From assembly GCA_963575745.1 (NCBI GenBank), contig CAUYUJ010000248.1, positions 310,001 to 374,000 on the forward strand: DNA of 64,000 nt, read 5' to 3'. Source of the stretch: Prorocentrum cordatum. Lineage: Eukaryota. This document shows, one piece after another, positions 50,599-63,095 of the stretch (position 1 is its first letter; every line of letters begins with the position of its first letter). The translations under genes and the position numbers were made by a program. Below the pieces are notes generated by a model that saw only the letters and a program-made list of their open reading frames with translations, ran no database searches and was not told the DNA's origin.

Positions 50599-52279
50599 AT
50601 TCCCCACATCCTGAGTGGGGTTCTTGTTTTCCCAGAACACCCTCTCCTTCCCACCCACCTCCCGCTCCATCTTCCATACAGCACACTATTATTCCTACCA
50701 CACACACCATACCATACCATAGTTCCTACCACACATACCATACCATACCATACCATACCATACCACACCATACGTACCATACCACCCCTCCCACCCCTCC
50801 AGGGAGGCCCCGCCTGAGCGAGGAGGGTATCGGAAAACCATACTATTTACATGGTTTCGTGCCCCTCCCACCCCTCCAGGGAGGCCCCGCCTGAGCGAGG
50901 AGGGTATCGGAATACCATACTATTTACATGGTTTCGTGTCCCTCCCACCCCTCCAGGGAGGCCCCGCCTGAGCGAGGAGGGTATCGGAATACCATACTAT
51001 TTACATGGTTTCGTGCCCCTCCCACCCCTCCAGGGAGGCCCCGCCTGAGCGAGGAGGGTATCGGAATACCATACTATTTACATGGTTTCGTGCCCCTCCC
51101 ACCCCTCCAGGGAGGCCCCGCCTGAGCGAGGAGGGTATCGGAATACCATACTATTTACATGGTTTCGTGCCCCTCCCACCCCTCCAGGGAGGCCCCGCCT
51201 GAGCGAGGAGGGTATCGGAATACCATACTATTTACATGGTTTCGTGCCCCTCCCACCCCTCCAGGGAGGCCCCGCCTGAGCGAGGAGGGTATCGGAATAC
51301 CATACTATTTACATGGTTTCGTGCCCCTCCCACCCCTCCAGGGAGGCCCCGCCTGAGCGAGGAGGGTATCGGAATACCATACTATTTACATGGTTTCGTG
51401 CCCCTCCCACCCCTCCAGGGAGGCCCCGCCTGAGCGAGGAGGGTATCGGAATACCATACTATTTACATGGTTTCGTGCCCCTCCCACCCCTCCAGGGAGG
51501 CCCCGCCTGAGCGAGGAGGGTATCGGAATACCATACTATTTACATGGTTTCGTGCCCCTCCCACCCCTCCAGGGAGGCCCCGCCTGAGCGAGGAGGGTAT
51601 CGGAATACCATACTATTTACATGGTTTCGTGCCCCTCCCACCCCTCCAGGGAGGCCCCGCCTGAGCGAGGAGGGTATCGGAAAACCATACTATTTACATG
51701 GTTTCGTGCCCCTCCCACCCCTCCAGGGAGGCCCCGCCTGAGCGAGGAGGGTATCGGAATACCATACTATTTACATGGTTTCGTGCCCCTCCCACCCCTC
51801 CAGGGAGGCCCCGCCTGAGCGAGGAGGGTATCGGAATACCATACTATTTACATGGTTTCGTGCCCCTCCCACCCCTCCAGGGAGGCCCCGTCTGAGCGAG
51901 GAGGGTATCGGAATACCATACTATTTACATGGTTTCGTGCCCCTCCCACCCCTCCAGGGAGGCCCCGCCTGAGCGAGGAGGGTATCGGAATACCATACTA
52001 TTTACATGGTTTCGTGCCCCTCCCACCCCTCCAGGGAGGCCCCGCCTGAGCGAGGAGGGTATCGGAATCACCATACTATTTACATGGTTTCGTGCTTTCT
52101 GATCCTCCCTCCCACCCCTCCAGGGAGGCCCCGCCTGAGCGAGGAGGGTATCGGAATACCATACTATTTACATGGTTTCGTGCCCCTCCCACCCCTCCAG
52201 CGTCGCGAGGAGGGCATCAAGAAAATGGGTCCCACGAAACCGTTAATCTATTTATGTGGGGAACTCCGTTAGCATAATT
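50599..52279 (+). mobile_element. Non-autonomous Helentron/HINE-like element enclosing (ACCAT)n and a 77-bp satellite
   Basis: TTCCCCACAT (50600-50609) pairs both with GTGGGG (50615-50620, local hairpin) and with ATGTGGGGAA (52254-52263); ends ...GCATAATT. Confidence 0.65.
50785..52200. repeat. 77-bp tandem satellite, about 18 near-identical units
   Basis: Unit CCCCTCCCACCCCTCCAGGGAGGCCCCGCCTGAGCGAGGAGGGTATCGGAATACCATACTATTTACATGGTTTCGTG; ORF track periodicity is 77. Confidence 0.98.
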
Positions 52280-52284
52280 ACTAT

Positions 52285-52364
<80 letters not shown>

Positions 52365-52440
52365 ACTACTTACTACTTACTACCTACTACTTACTACTTA
52401 CTACTTACTACTAACTACTAACTACTTACTACTACTACTG

Positions 52441-52474
<34 letters not shown>

Positions 52475-52983
52475 CACTACTGCTACTACTACGACTACTA
52501 CTACTACTACTACTACCACTACTACTACAACTACTTCTACTACTACTACTACGACTACTACTACTACGACTATTGTTCTACTACTATACTACGGACTACT
52601 ATTTAACTACTACGACTTACTAATATACTACTACTAATACTTACTTGACTACTACCACCTTCTATCTTTGTACTACTGCTACTACTACTACTACTACTGC
52701 TACTACTACTATTACTACTACTACTACTGCTACGACTACGACTGCTACTACGACTACTACTAGTACTTGTACCACTACACCTACGCCCACAACTACTACT
52801 ACTACTACTACTACTGATGTTGCTACTACTACTACTATTTCTACTACTACTACTACGCCTATCTTTCGAGTACGAATACCATTGCTATTTCAACATCTTG
52901 TGCTACTGCTACTACCACGACTACATTTACGATTACGTCGTCTACCACTCGTAGTACGACTACTGTTATTACTACTGTTACCA

Positions 52984-53021
<38 letters not shown>

Positions 53022-53468
53022 GCAAGTGCTACGGCTTCCAACACTACTACTACTACCACGACTACTACTACTACTACTCATATATTTGCGCTTTTTGTAC
53101 TTCTTTTACTACTACTACTATTCTTATCTAATACTTCGTCTAATTATTACTACTACTACGCTACGACTAGCACTACTTCTTCTTCTATATACGACTACTT
53201 ACTACTACTACTACTACTAGTACTACTACTACTACTACTATTACTACTATTACTACTACTACTGCTACTTCTACTATACTACTACTATACTACTTACTGC
53301 TACTTATACTACTGCCTCTATTATGATCCTGCTTACGACTACACTGTGCTACTACTACTAGTACTATCATTCTGAGTTCCACTACGGCTACGATGAATTT
53401 CTACTACTACTGTTACTTACTCTATCACTACTACCTCTACTATACTACTACTACTACTACTACTACTA

Positions 53469-53516
<48 letters not shown>

Positions 53517-53813
53517 CCTTTACGCCTTTTACTATTACTACTTCAACTGCGATTACTTTTATTACTGCGACTACTACTCCTACTTCTCCCGCTACTACTA
53601 CTACCATAAAAAATAGTGCTGCTACGACTTCGACCACCACTACGACTACGACTTGTACTGCGTGTTCTACCACTCTCTACTGCTACTACTACTGCTACTA
53701 ATATTACTACGACAACTAGTTCTACTACCACTACCACCACCACTACTACGATTGATATTACTACGACGACTACTACCACTACAACGACTACGGCTACTAC
53801 TACTCTCAGTATG

Positions 53814-53851
<38 letters not shown>

Positions 53852-54257
53852 GACTTCTACTAGTACTGTTCTTATACTTAGCACTATATCTTCTATGCCT
53901 ACTACGGCTTCTACTACCACTACGACTACGACTATTGCTACTAGTACTACTACGACTACTTCCGCTACCACTAATACGACGACTGCGGCTACTACTACCA
54001 CTACTACAGTCTACTTCGACTACGGATACTACGACGGCGGCGCCGACTACTACGACTCCCATTATTATCACTACTACACCTATCACTGCGACTACTACTC
54101 CCACTACTACTACTACTGCTACTGCTACTACTACTACTACTACTGCTACTACTACTACTACTACGAATGGTAGGACTGGTGCTACTACTATTACTACTAC
54201 TACTACTACTACTACTACTATTATTACTACTACTATTACTACTACTACTACTACTAT

Positions 54258-54293
<36 letters not shown>

Positions 54294-54679
54294 CTCTACT
54301 ACCTCTACTGCTACGTTTACTACCACAGCTTCTACTACGACCACTGCTACCTACGACGACAATGGTTATTACTACTACGACTAATGATAATGTCATCACC
54401 AGTGCGGCTGTTACTTTTACTATTACTACTACCACTACGACCACCACTACCACTGCTACTACTGCTGGTACTACTAGTATCACTACTGCTACTACTGATA
54501 CAACCACTACGGCTACCACTTCGACTACTGCTACTACCACTACTGCGACTACGACTACTACTATATATCATTACTACGACTACTACGACTACTACTGCTA
54601 CTACTACTACGATCACGACTACTACGACTACGATTGCCATTACTACTACTACTACTACTTTTACTACCACTACTACTAT

Positions 54680-54728
<49 letters not shown>

Positions 54729-54751
54729 GCTACGACTGCTACGACTGCTAG

Positions 54752-54789
<38 letters not shown>

Positions 54790-54957
54790 TTACTACTACT
54801 ACTACTACTACTTCTACTACTTCTACTACGACCACTACTACTGCTACTACCACCACTACAATCACTATGGCCACTATTGCTATTACGATTGCTTCTGCTA
54901 CTACGACTCCTGCGACTGCAGCGGCTACCGCTACTACCACTACTATCACTATTGCTG

Positions 54958-54997
<40 letters not shown>

Positions 54998-55010
54998 GAC
55001 TACGACTACG

Positions 55011-55063
<53 letters not shown>

Positions 55064-55520
55064 GGGTATTGCTATAGATGCTGCTCTATTTCTACTACGA
55101 CTACCGCTACTACCACGGCTACTACTCTAGTACCACAAGTACTACTACTATTACTACTACCACCACCACCACCAGCACTACTACTACTACTAATGCTACT
55201 ACTACTGCTACGATCGCCCCTACTACAACTGCTACTACAACTACTTTCACGACTGGTACTATTGTTATCATCGTTACTACTACGGCTACTATTGCTACTA
55301 CTGCTCCGACTACTACTACGACGATTATTACTACTACGACACCTACTAGTACTACTACTACAACTGCCTCCTGATACTGGTTCTCCTTACTACTACTAGT
55401 ACTACTACTAATGGTACTACTATTCGGCACTACTACCATTTGTTCTTCTACAAATATTTCTTGTACTAGTACGACTGTCACAAGTACTACTACTACCCCT
55501 ATTATTATTACCGCTACTAG

Positions 55521-55564
<44 letters not shown>

Positions 55565-55583
55565 TCACTACTATCACTACTAT

Positions 55584-55636
<53 letters not shown>

Positions 55637-55735
55637 TTACTACGACCACTACTTCGACGACTATTCTTACTACGACGGCTACGACTACGACCTCGACTAC
55701 GACTACTACCGCTACTACTACTACTACTACTACTA

Positions 55736-55769
<34 letters not shown>

Positions 55770-55779
55770 GACTACTACG

Positions 55780-55822
<43 letters not shown>

Positions 55823-55846
55823 TTACTATTACTACCACTACTACGG

Positions 55847-55882
<36 letters not shown>

Positions 55883-55883
55883 T

Positions 55884-55916
<33 letters not shown>

Positions 55917-56034
55917 GACTACTATTACTATGACTACTACTCCCAGTGCTTCCACTACTGCTGCCCATCTACTGCTACAACTACAATTATTTGTGCTACT
56001 ACAGCTACTACTGCTACTACCAGTACTACTATCG

Positions 56035-56066
<32 letters not shown>

Positions 56067-56160
56067 GCTACTACTACTACTACCACTACTACTACTACTA
56101 CTACTACGACGACGACTACTACTACTATTACTTCTTCTACGACGACGACGACTACTGTTA
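52280..56160. repeat. Long degenerate (CTA)n microsatellite (~3.9 kb)
   Basis: Directly visible. Confidence 0.95.
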
Positions 56161-56187
56161 CTATGAATATACGTTCTATTATTCCCA

Positions 56188-57160
56188 TGACGTCCTACGC
56201 GGACATACGCGGACCAGCAGGGAAATTCTCGCCATCCCCGGGGGGCTGCGATCTTCGAAACAGTCGCCAATTTCGAGGGCTGTTCGGGGGCGCAACAGAG
56301 TGACGTCCTGCTCGCATCACCAGGAGACCTCGCCATCCCTGGGGGCTGCAATCTGCGAAACTATTGTCATTTTCGAAGGCTGTTGAAGGGAGCAGCGGAG
56401 TGACGTCCTACGCGGCCCACCAGGAGACCTCGCCATCCTATGGGGGGCTGCGATCTGCGAAATTGTCCCCACTTTCGAGGGCTGCTGTCGCCATTTTCGA
56501 GGGCTGCTGGGGGTGCAGCGGAATAACGTCCTACGCAAATCACCAAGGGACCTCGCCATCCCTGGGGGGGGCTGCGCTCTGCAGAACTGTCGCCACTTTC
56601 GAGGGCTGCTGCAGGTGCAGCGGAGTGGCGTCCGTCGCGGACCAGCAGGAGATCTGGCCATCCCTGTGGGGCTGCGATATGCGAATCTACCCTTTTTCGA
56701 AGGCTGCTGCGGAGCGACGTCCTACGCGGACCGCCAGGAGACCTCGCCATCTCTGGGGGCTGCGATCTGCGAGTCTGTGACCACTTTCGAGCTCTGCTGC
56801 GGGGTGCAGCGTAGCGACGTCCTACGCGGACCACCAGGAGACCTCGCCATCCCTGGGTGGCTGCGATCTGCGAAACTGTGGCCACTTTCGAGGGCTGTTG
56901 GGGTTGCGGTGACGTCCTACGCGGCCAACCAGGAGACGTCGCCATCCTTGGGGGGCTGCGATCTGCGAAACGATTGTCATGTTCGAAGGCTGTAGAAGGG
57001 AGCAGCGGAGTGACGTCCTACGCGGATCACCAGGAGACCTCGCCATCCTATGGGGGGGCTGCGATCTGCGAAACTGTCGCCACTTTCGAGGGCTGCTGCA
57101 GGCGCAGAAGAGTGACTTCTTACGCGGACCACCAGGAGACCTCACCATCCCCGGGGTCCA
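56188..57160 (+). repeat. ~95-120 bp minisatellite (GACGTCCTACGCGG...GGAGACCTCGCCATCC...CCACTTTCGAGGGCTG)
   Basis: Unit recurs about 9 times; inverted copies at 57995-58455. Confidence 0.9.
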
Positions 57161-57659
57161 GCTGAGAGAAGCCTTGGGGTTGTATTGAATTCCGGGGTCG
57201 TCAGGAAGGAAGCAGAGAAATTGTCGGGCGACCTACGCCTCGCTCGCTTGTTGCGTTATCTCTGAGCAGCTTGTTTGTTACAGAATATTCAAACACAAAA
57301 AAACAACAATTGAGCGCCGCGGCGACACGGCGCAGGCAGCGTTGCATCTTCAGGCAGCGTTGCATCTTTAGTGTACGACCAACAACAGCAATACTCCTCG
57401 GTCTCCTCCCGTCACTTTCGTCATCGTCCACTGCCCGGTGCCACCTTCCCTCTGCTGCTGCCGCGCTGACGATTCGGCCCACAAGCCTGGGTCCTCGTTC
57501 CTCGTCCTTCTGTTGTTGTCATGTGAACCGTGCCGCGTATGCGCATCCCATGTAGCTTGCGCAGCAAATAACGGAGCCTGCACGGTCATCGTCCTGGCAA
57601 GTTTGGGCCAACTCCTCTTGTCACTTGATGCAAATGGGCTGGGTATGTCACAGGTTGAA

Positions 57660-57995
57660 AATATTCTCCAATCAGAGCTTGCCTCTGTAGGGGTCCTAGC
57701 GGATTCATATGGTTAGGTGAGCTGTGCCGCCGCTTGCGGTGGCCGGGCCGGGTGCCCGGGTACCCGGGTGTCCGGTAGCCCTATAGCCCAAGAGCCTTGT
57801 AGCCTTAATAACCTTATAGCCCTATAGCCCAATAGCCTTATATACATATGCTTGTAGCCCTATAGCCCCATAGCCCTATAGCAATATAGCACGATAGCCC
57901 TATAGCCCTATAGCCTTGTAGCAGCATAGCGGTGTAGCCGCAGAGCCGTATAGCCGTAAAGCCGTATAGCCTAATAGCCCTATAACCCTATTCAT
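57660..57995 (+). repeat. Dispersed repeat copy B (inverted relative to 42790-43340)
   Basis: CCAATCAGAGCTTGCCTCTGTA...GGATTCATATGGTTAGGTGAG then (TATAGCCC)n. Confidence 0.8.
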
Positions 57996-58455
57996 TCCGC
58001 TGCACCCCCAAGCAGCCCTCGACAGTGGCGACATATTCGCTGATCGCAGCCCCCCAGGGATGGTGAGGTCTCCTGGTGATTTGCGTAGGACGTCATTCCG
58101 CTGTGCACCCCCAGCAGCCTTCGAAAGTGGCGACAGTTTCGCAGATCGCAGCCCCCCCGGGATGGCGAGGTCTCCTGGTAATCCGCGTAGGACGTCACTC
58201 CGCTGCACCCTCCCCAGCAGCCTTCGAAAGTGGCGACAGATTCGCAGATCGCAGCCACCCATGGATGGCGAGGTCTCCTGGTGGGCCGCGTAGGACGTCA
58301 CTCCGCTGCACCCTCCAGCAGCCTTCCAAAGTCGCGACACATTCGCAAATCGCAGCCCCCCAGGGATGGCGACGTCTCCTGGTGGGCCGCGTAGGACGTC
58401 ACTCCGGTGGACCCCCCAGCAGCCCTTGAAAGTGGCGACAGACTCGCTGATCGCA
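57995..58455 (-). repeat. Inverted copies of the 56188-57160 minisatellite
   Basis: GGATGGCGAGGTCTCCTGG...CCGCGTAGGACGTC is the reverse complement of the unit. Confidence 0.88.
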
Positions 58456-58999
58456 GGAAGGAGCGAGTTGAGAGGCAGGAGAGAGGAGACAGGAGGCGTG
58501 GAGGCGAGAGGTGTGCGACTGCAGTGCTCTGTTCAAAGCATATACCCAACGCAGGACGTCAACTCTGGAAACTATGAGTTCTTACCATGTCTTACAAGTT
58601 TGGGCCGCGCATCGCCATTCTGTCGAGGCGATTATTCGGGACGACTTATGCGTACGTTTCTTTTCCCCTTGCTTTTCCTCCTATGCTTGCGGTGGCCACT
58701 TGAGGGCCAGAGTCGGATGACTTTGAGGTGCAGTAGCCTAACGCCTGACATGCCGCATGCCGCCACTCACGGTTGTATTGTGCCAGAGTGTGTCGAGCTG
58801 TTTTAGTCGCGGTCTTCCCCTTGAACATCCTCGTCCTTTCTTTCTCGCGGCCATGGGCAGTCGTTTGTTGGGGGCTTCGCAGATTTTGGGCGCTGGCCGA
58901 GCATTCAAGATTGTTTCACGGAGGTGTTTTGTCACGGTGCTGTCCGCCCCGTGTATTCTTTCAAACAAAAGAAAGGAGAGTCTGGTAGGGTCGGCTACG

Positions 59000-59490
59000 G
59001 TCGGGTAGAGTAGGGCAGATGGTAGAGTAGAGTCGGGTAGATTACAAAAGAGCAGAGCAGAGCAGAGTAGAGTAGAGCAGAGCAGAACAGAGCAAGTAGG
59101 ATACGATAGGTAGCGTAGAACAGGGCAGAGCTAAACAGAGTAGGGTAGATGGTATAATTAATAGAGTCTGTCATTTTAGAGTTTGGTAGAGCAGGTTAGA
59201 GGGGAAGAGGGAAGGGGAGAGCATGTTAGACTTGAGTAGACTTGCAGGGGGGGGCTGAGTAGAGTAGAGTACATCCGAGTAAAGCAGAGAAGTGTAGGCT
59301 AGGATAAGGCAGGGTAGAGTAGGGTAGAGTAGAGCAGAGCAGAACAGAGTAAAGTAGAGTAGGTTAGGTGGTAGAGTAGAATCGGGTATAATGGAGTACT
59401 TAGACTATAGTGAAATGGAGTGGAGTTCGGGTAGAGTCCACCGCAGTCTAGTCCAGTCTACTCCACCCCAGCTATTCCAGTCCACTCCAG
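59000..59490. repeat. Degenerate (AGAGT/AGAGC)n pentamer tract
   Basis: Directly visible. Confidence 0.8.
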
Positions 59491-59960
59491 TTCATGTCAT
59501 TCCAGTCTTCTGGTCTGTTTGGAATCTGCGTTGGCCGATATATTCGCGGATCTGATCTGACGCCAATAGCAAAGCGAAAGTTGCACCCTCCTCCATACCC
59601 CCCCCCCGACCCTCGTGATCACCCGTGGTCTTCGAGGTGCCCAACTGAAGAACAGAGCAGGCCCCTTCTCAGGCGCACGCGGGGCGCTCCCAGGAGAACG
59701 GCGCATCCGTCCAGGAGCTGACCAGCGAAGTGGGGACGGGCTTGCCGGCGGAGGCCAGCGGAAGGTGGCGGAGGCGAAGGCCAAACCCCCGAAGGACGGA
59801 AACGCCAGCGTACCTGAGGGTTTGGAGCTTCTGATTACGAGCCAGGGGATCTTTGCTCATTCGGGCTGAAAGGAGGCGCGCTGCCCCCGCGCGCGCGCGT
59901 ACACGCGACGGCGTGGGACGGGAACCCGCCCCCCATTGCATGCCCGTGTCTTGCTCGGGC

Positions 59961-61339
59961 ATGGCGGTGCGCGCTCTGGGGCGGCTGTTGTGGGGCGCGG
60001 CGCCCGAGGACGATCCCGCGTTGGCCAGTGCGCTGCGAGAGGTGCAGCGCAGCCTCGCGGCGTCGGCCGCTGGCTTCGCGCTGCCAGCCGCGGTGGCAGA
60101 GGAAGAGCGCCTGCGTCATGCCCTGGACACGGTGGGTTCCAGCCCGCTCGCGGCGGAGGCCCACGCGGCGCTCAGCGTGGCCGCCGCGGCCGCGGGTCGC
60201 TGCGCCGAGGCGGCGGCACGACTTCGTGCCGCGGAGGCCTTGCCGGTTGCGGCGGAGGCAGCCGCGGCGCTGTGCGCGCTGCGGGCGCACGCCGACGCGC
60301 TGGCGGCGCAGGAGCGGGGCGACCAGGAGCAGCTGAAGCTGGCCCTGTTGGGGGCAGGGGGTCTGGACGGAGCCATCCCTGCCGCCTGGGCCCCGTGGGT
60401 CGCTGCGATGCCACCAGCTGCCGAATTCACACGGCCCGTCGAGGCGCGGTGGACGGGCAAGGCAGGGGTGGCGCAGAGGGGCCTATTTGCACGGCGCGCG
60501 CTGCAGCGGGGCGAGATCGTCCTCCTCGCGGCCCCGCTGGCGCGGGCGCCATCGGGAGGCGAGGCCCTGGTGCGCGCGCTGGCGGCCAGCTGCGAGGCAA
60601 GCCCTCGCGCCCGCCGCCGGGCCTCGCTGCTGCTGGGCGCGCTGGGGCCAGGGAGTCCTCCAGCGGCGCCAGAGCGCGCGGTGGAGGCATTCGCGTGCGA
60701 TGCCTCGGGGGAGGACGCCGCTGAAGGCGACCAGCCTGCCGCCCTCGACTTCCAGGCCGCGGCGGAGGCGAACACATTCCCCGTTCAGGGTGGCGTGGCC
60801 GTATACGGCCTGCCTTCTTTGATCAACCACAGTTGCGACCAGCACGAGGCCAACCTGCTGAGGCACGCGCCCGCAGCTCTCCGCGGCATTGCCGCGCTGA
60901 TAGCGGCTCGCGACGTCGAGGAGGGTGAGGAGCTGCGTTTCCGGTATTTCCCAACCACCAGCCCGGCAGCGACCAGGCAGGCGCTGTCGCAGGACGGCTG
61001 GGGCTTCTGCTGCCGCTGCAGGCGGTGCTGCTTCGAGTGCGAGCTCTTGCCGGGGACCCCAGTGGCAGCGGCGATCGGCGCGGCGAGGTCATCCTGGGAG
61101 AGCACGCTCAAGCAGGAGATGCAATCCGTCGCTTCGGCGCAGCCAGGTGCCGCCGCCGTGGAGGGGCTGCTGCTGCCGCTGCTGGCGGCGCTGAGGGCGG
61201 TGGGCGAGGCGGCCAGCGCGGAAGGCCTCGCCGACTGGCAGATCGCTTGCTGCTGGTGCTTGGTGCAGCCGCTCTCTGGCGCCGCGCTGTGGTGCCTGCT
61301 GAAGAGCGGGCCAGCGGTCTGCGTCGATGGGGCAAAGCT
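59961..61339 (+). CDS. SMYD-like SET-domain methyltransferase, 5' coding segment
   Basis: RGLFARRALQRGEIVL, SLINHSC (~60822-60836), AARDVEEGEELRFRY, post-SET WGFCCRCRRC; strong GC3 codon bias; ATG at 59961. Confidence 0.88.
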
Positions 61340-61449
61340 CGACACTATTCGAAGAACAAAAAACGGCATAAGCATAAACTTTCGGAGGTCTTCGCGGACC
61401 TCCGAGAAATCATGTCTTGCAGTTTTTTGGTTCCTCTAACTATGGCGCT
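61340..61449. mobile_element. 110-bp palindromic insertion (MITE or introner-like) in the coding region
   Basis: AT-rich; central stem TCGGAGGTC-TTCGCG-GACCTCCGA; outer arms GAACAAAAAAC / GTTTTTTGGTTC; removing it restores the reading frame. Confidence 0.7.
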
Positions 61450-62220
61450 GCGGTGCGACGTTCTCAGGCGAGTCGTGGCGGTGTGGGAGTGCGTGTCTCC
61501 GCTCGGCGCGGACCACTTGCGGCACCTGCAGCTGCTCTGGCGGGAGTTGGACCAGGTGCGCGTCACAGCCGTGGCCAGGGCGGTCATGGAGGTACGTCCC
61601 GCCCGCGTCGGCGCCGCCACGACGATGGCGGGCGAGGAGTTCTTCGCGGCCGTGCGCGAGAAGGGCCTGGGGACCATGCTGGCAAACAGCGGCGGCCTTG
61701 TGCAGGTCCTCGACGTGCTTCCGCACCAGGAGGCGCTGCAGAAGCTTCGAACGTTGGAGTCGCTGCGTCTGGACGAGTGGACGCTATCGGCCCAGACGAA
61801 TGCAGCGGATGCGGAGCACCGCTTTTGGAGGTACGAGGGCGACAAGGCGGACGCGGACAAGAGCTTCCTCCTTGCCCTGGAACCGAGGCTTCAGCCATTG
61901 TTCCACGCCGCTCGATACGACTCGGGCGGCAAGATCACGTTGCACAACGACGCACTAGGGCGTGTGGTACCTCCCGAGGAGGTCGTCAACGAGGAGGCAT
62001 ACCCTGCGGGCACTGCCGTGTTCAGGAAGATCGCAGTCATCTACTACTTGACGACGGATTGGAAAGAGGAGTACGGCGGTTGCTTGGTGGATAATGTCCT
62101 GGACAACCCCAGGCTGCTGGTGCCCAAATTCAACTCCCTGGTCGCCTTCCTGGTGCCGCGCGAGCACTGGGTCACCGAGGTCCGCCCCGGCGCCCCGCTG
62201 CGCTACACACTCTTCGGCTG
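61450..62220 (+). CDS. 2OG-Fe(II) oxygenase (prolyl-hydroxylase-like) coding segment
   Basis: ARYDSGGKITLHND (HxD at 61943-61951), RKIAVIYYLTTDWKEEYGGCL, PKFNSLVAF, distal H in REHWVTEV, RYTLFGW. Confidence 0.88.
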
Positions 62221-62622
62221 GTTCACCAGGGGCGACCAAGGGGGGTGATGGTTAGGGGTGGGATACCATGGCTTGGGCCATGATATCTCCCAGATTGCAT
62301 GGCCCCCTCCCAGACATCCGGCCGCTCCCATTTTTTTCGATGCGTGGGGCCCTGGAGGTCCGGACCACTTCCCCAGGGCCAGCTCTTCGTCCTGTGTCAT
62401 TTCCGGACGGTCCCGAGGCCCAGCGAGGACCCCCAGAGGCTGCAGACGGCCAAAAGCCAGCCGCTGCAACTCTCTCTGGCGCGTCGGGCCTCCGGGCTCT
62501 TCTTCTTCTTCTTCTTCTTCTTCTTCTTCTTCTTCTTCGCGGCGCGTGCCCCGACCGACACTCGTCTGCGCACGTACCTCGGGCCATGGCTGGCGCCCCC
62601 CCTCTCCTTGGGCACCCCCGAG
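62221..62622 (+). other. GT-AG intron (402 nt) derived from a TIR element (introner)
   Basis: Splicing TG|GTTCAC...CCCGAG|GTTCAG gives FGWFSDGEPYPP. Imperfect TIRs at 62227-62246 and 62601-62620; 8-bp flanks TGGTTCAC / AGGTTCAG. Confidence 0.75.
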
Positions 62623-62779
62623 GTTCAGCGACGGGGAGCCCTATCCGCCCGGCTGCCCCCCGCCCCTCGGCTCGGGCAACCAGGAGCAGGAGAGAAAGAC
62701 ACAGGCGCAGGCCCAAGTGCGGTGGTGGCGTTCGTTAAGGAATGTGCACACGAGGCTCGAGACCCTGGAGGATTCCTGA
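62623..62779 (+). CDS. Probable last exon of the SET-oxygenase gene
   Basis: In frame after splicing: (W)FSDGEPYPPGCPPPLGSGNQEQERK...LEDS*. The 3' boundary could instead be an internal donor. Confidence 0.55.
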
Positions 62780-63095
62780 TCTGATGAGGGCGGCGGTGAT
62801 ATCCGTGACCCATCAGCGATTGTGATTCCATTGGCTTCCAGACCCTGGATTCCTTATCCAACGGTTCCTTATCCAATACACTCGCCGTACATGCATGCAG
62901 ATCTCCCAGGAAAAATGGGAAAACATAGAATCGGGCGTCGCGTAAGGAGGGGGCGATACATGATGGTGGGAAGAAAGGTGCACTTCGTCGGGCCCTGAAG
63001 GCCCCCTTTAGGGGCCCTACAGGGCTTCTTTTCTGCAGCCATCGCCCCCTATTTATCCCCCCCTTCACGCGGCGCCAAGTATAAAACTCATGCGA

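Noticed and set aside
50785..52200. CRISPR array, or 65-aa repeated genes
   Set aside because: The units are contiguous and near-identical with no unique spacers and no cas genes. The ORFs are by-products of the 77-bp period.
43300..57700. A 14-kb element bounded by the inverted GGATTCATATGGTTAGGTGAG repeats
   Set aside because: There is no transposase or TSD evidence. Two independent, oppositely oriented copies of a dispersed repeat is the simpler explanation.
62781..62815. Hammerhead ribozyme core (CTGATGAG)
   Set aside because: No GAAA follows stem II and no supporting stems are present.
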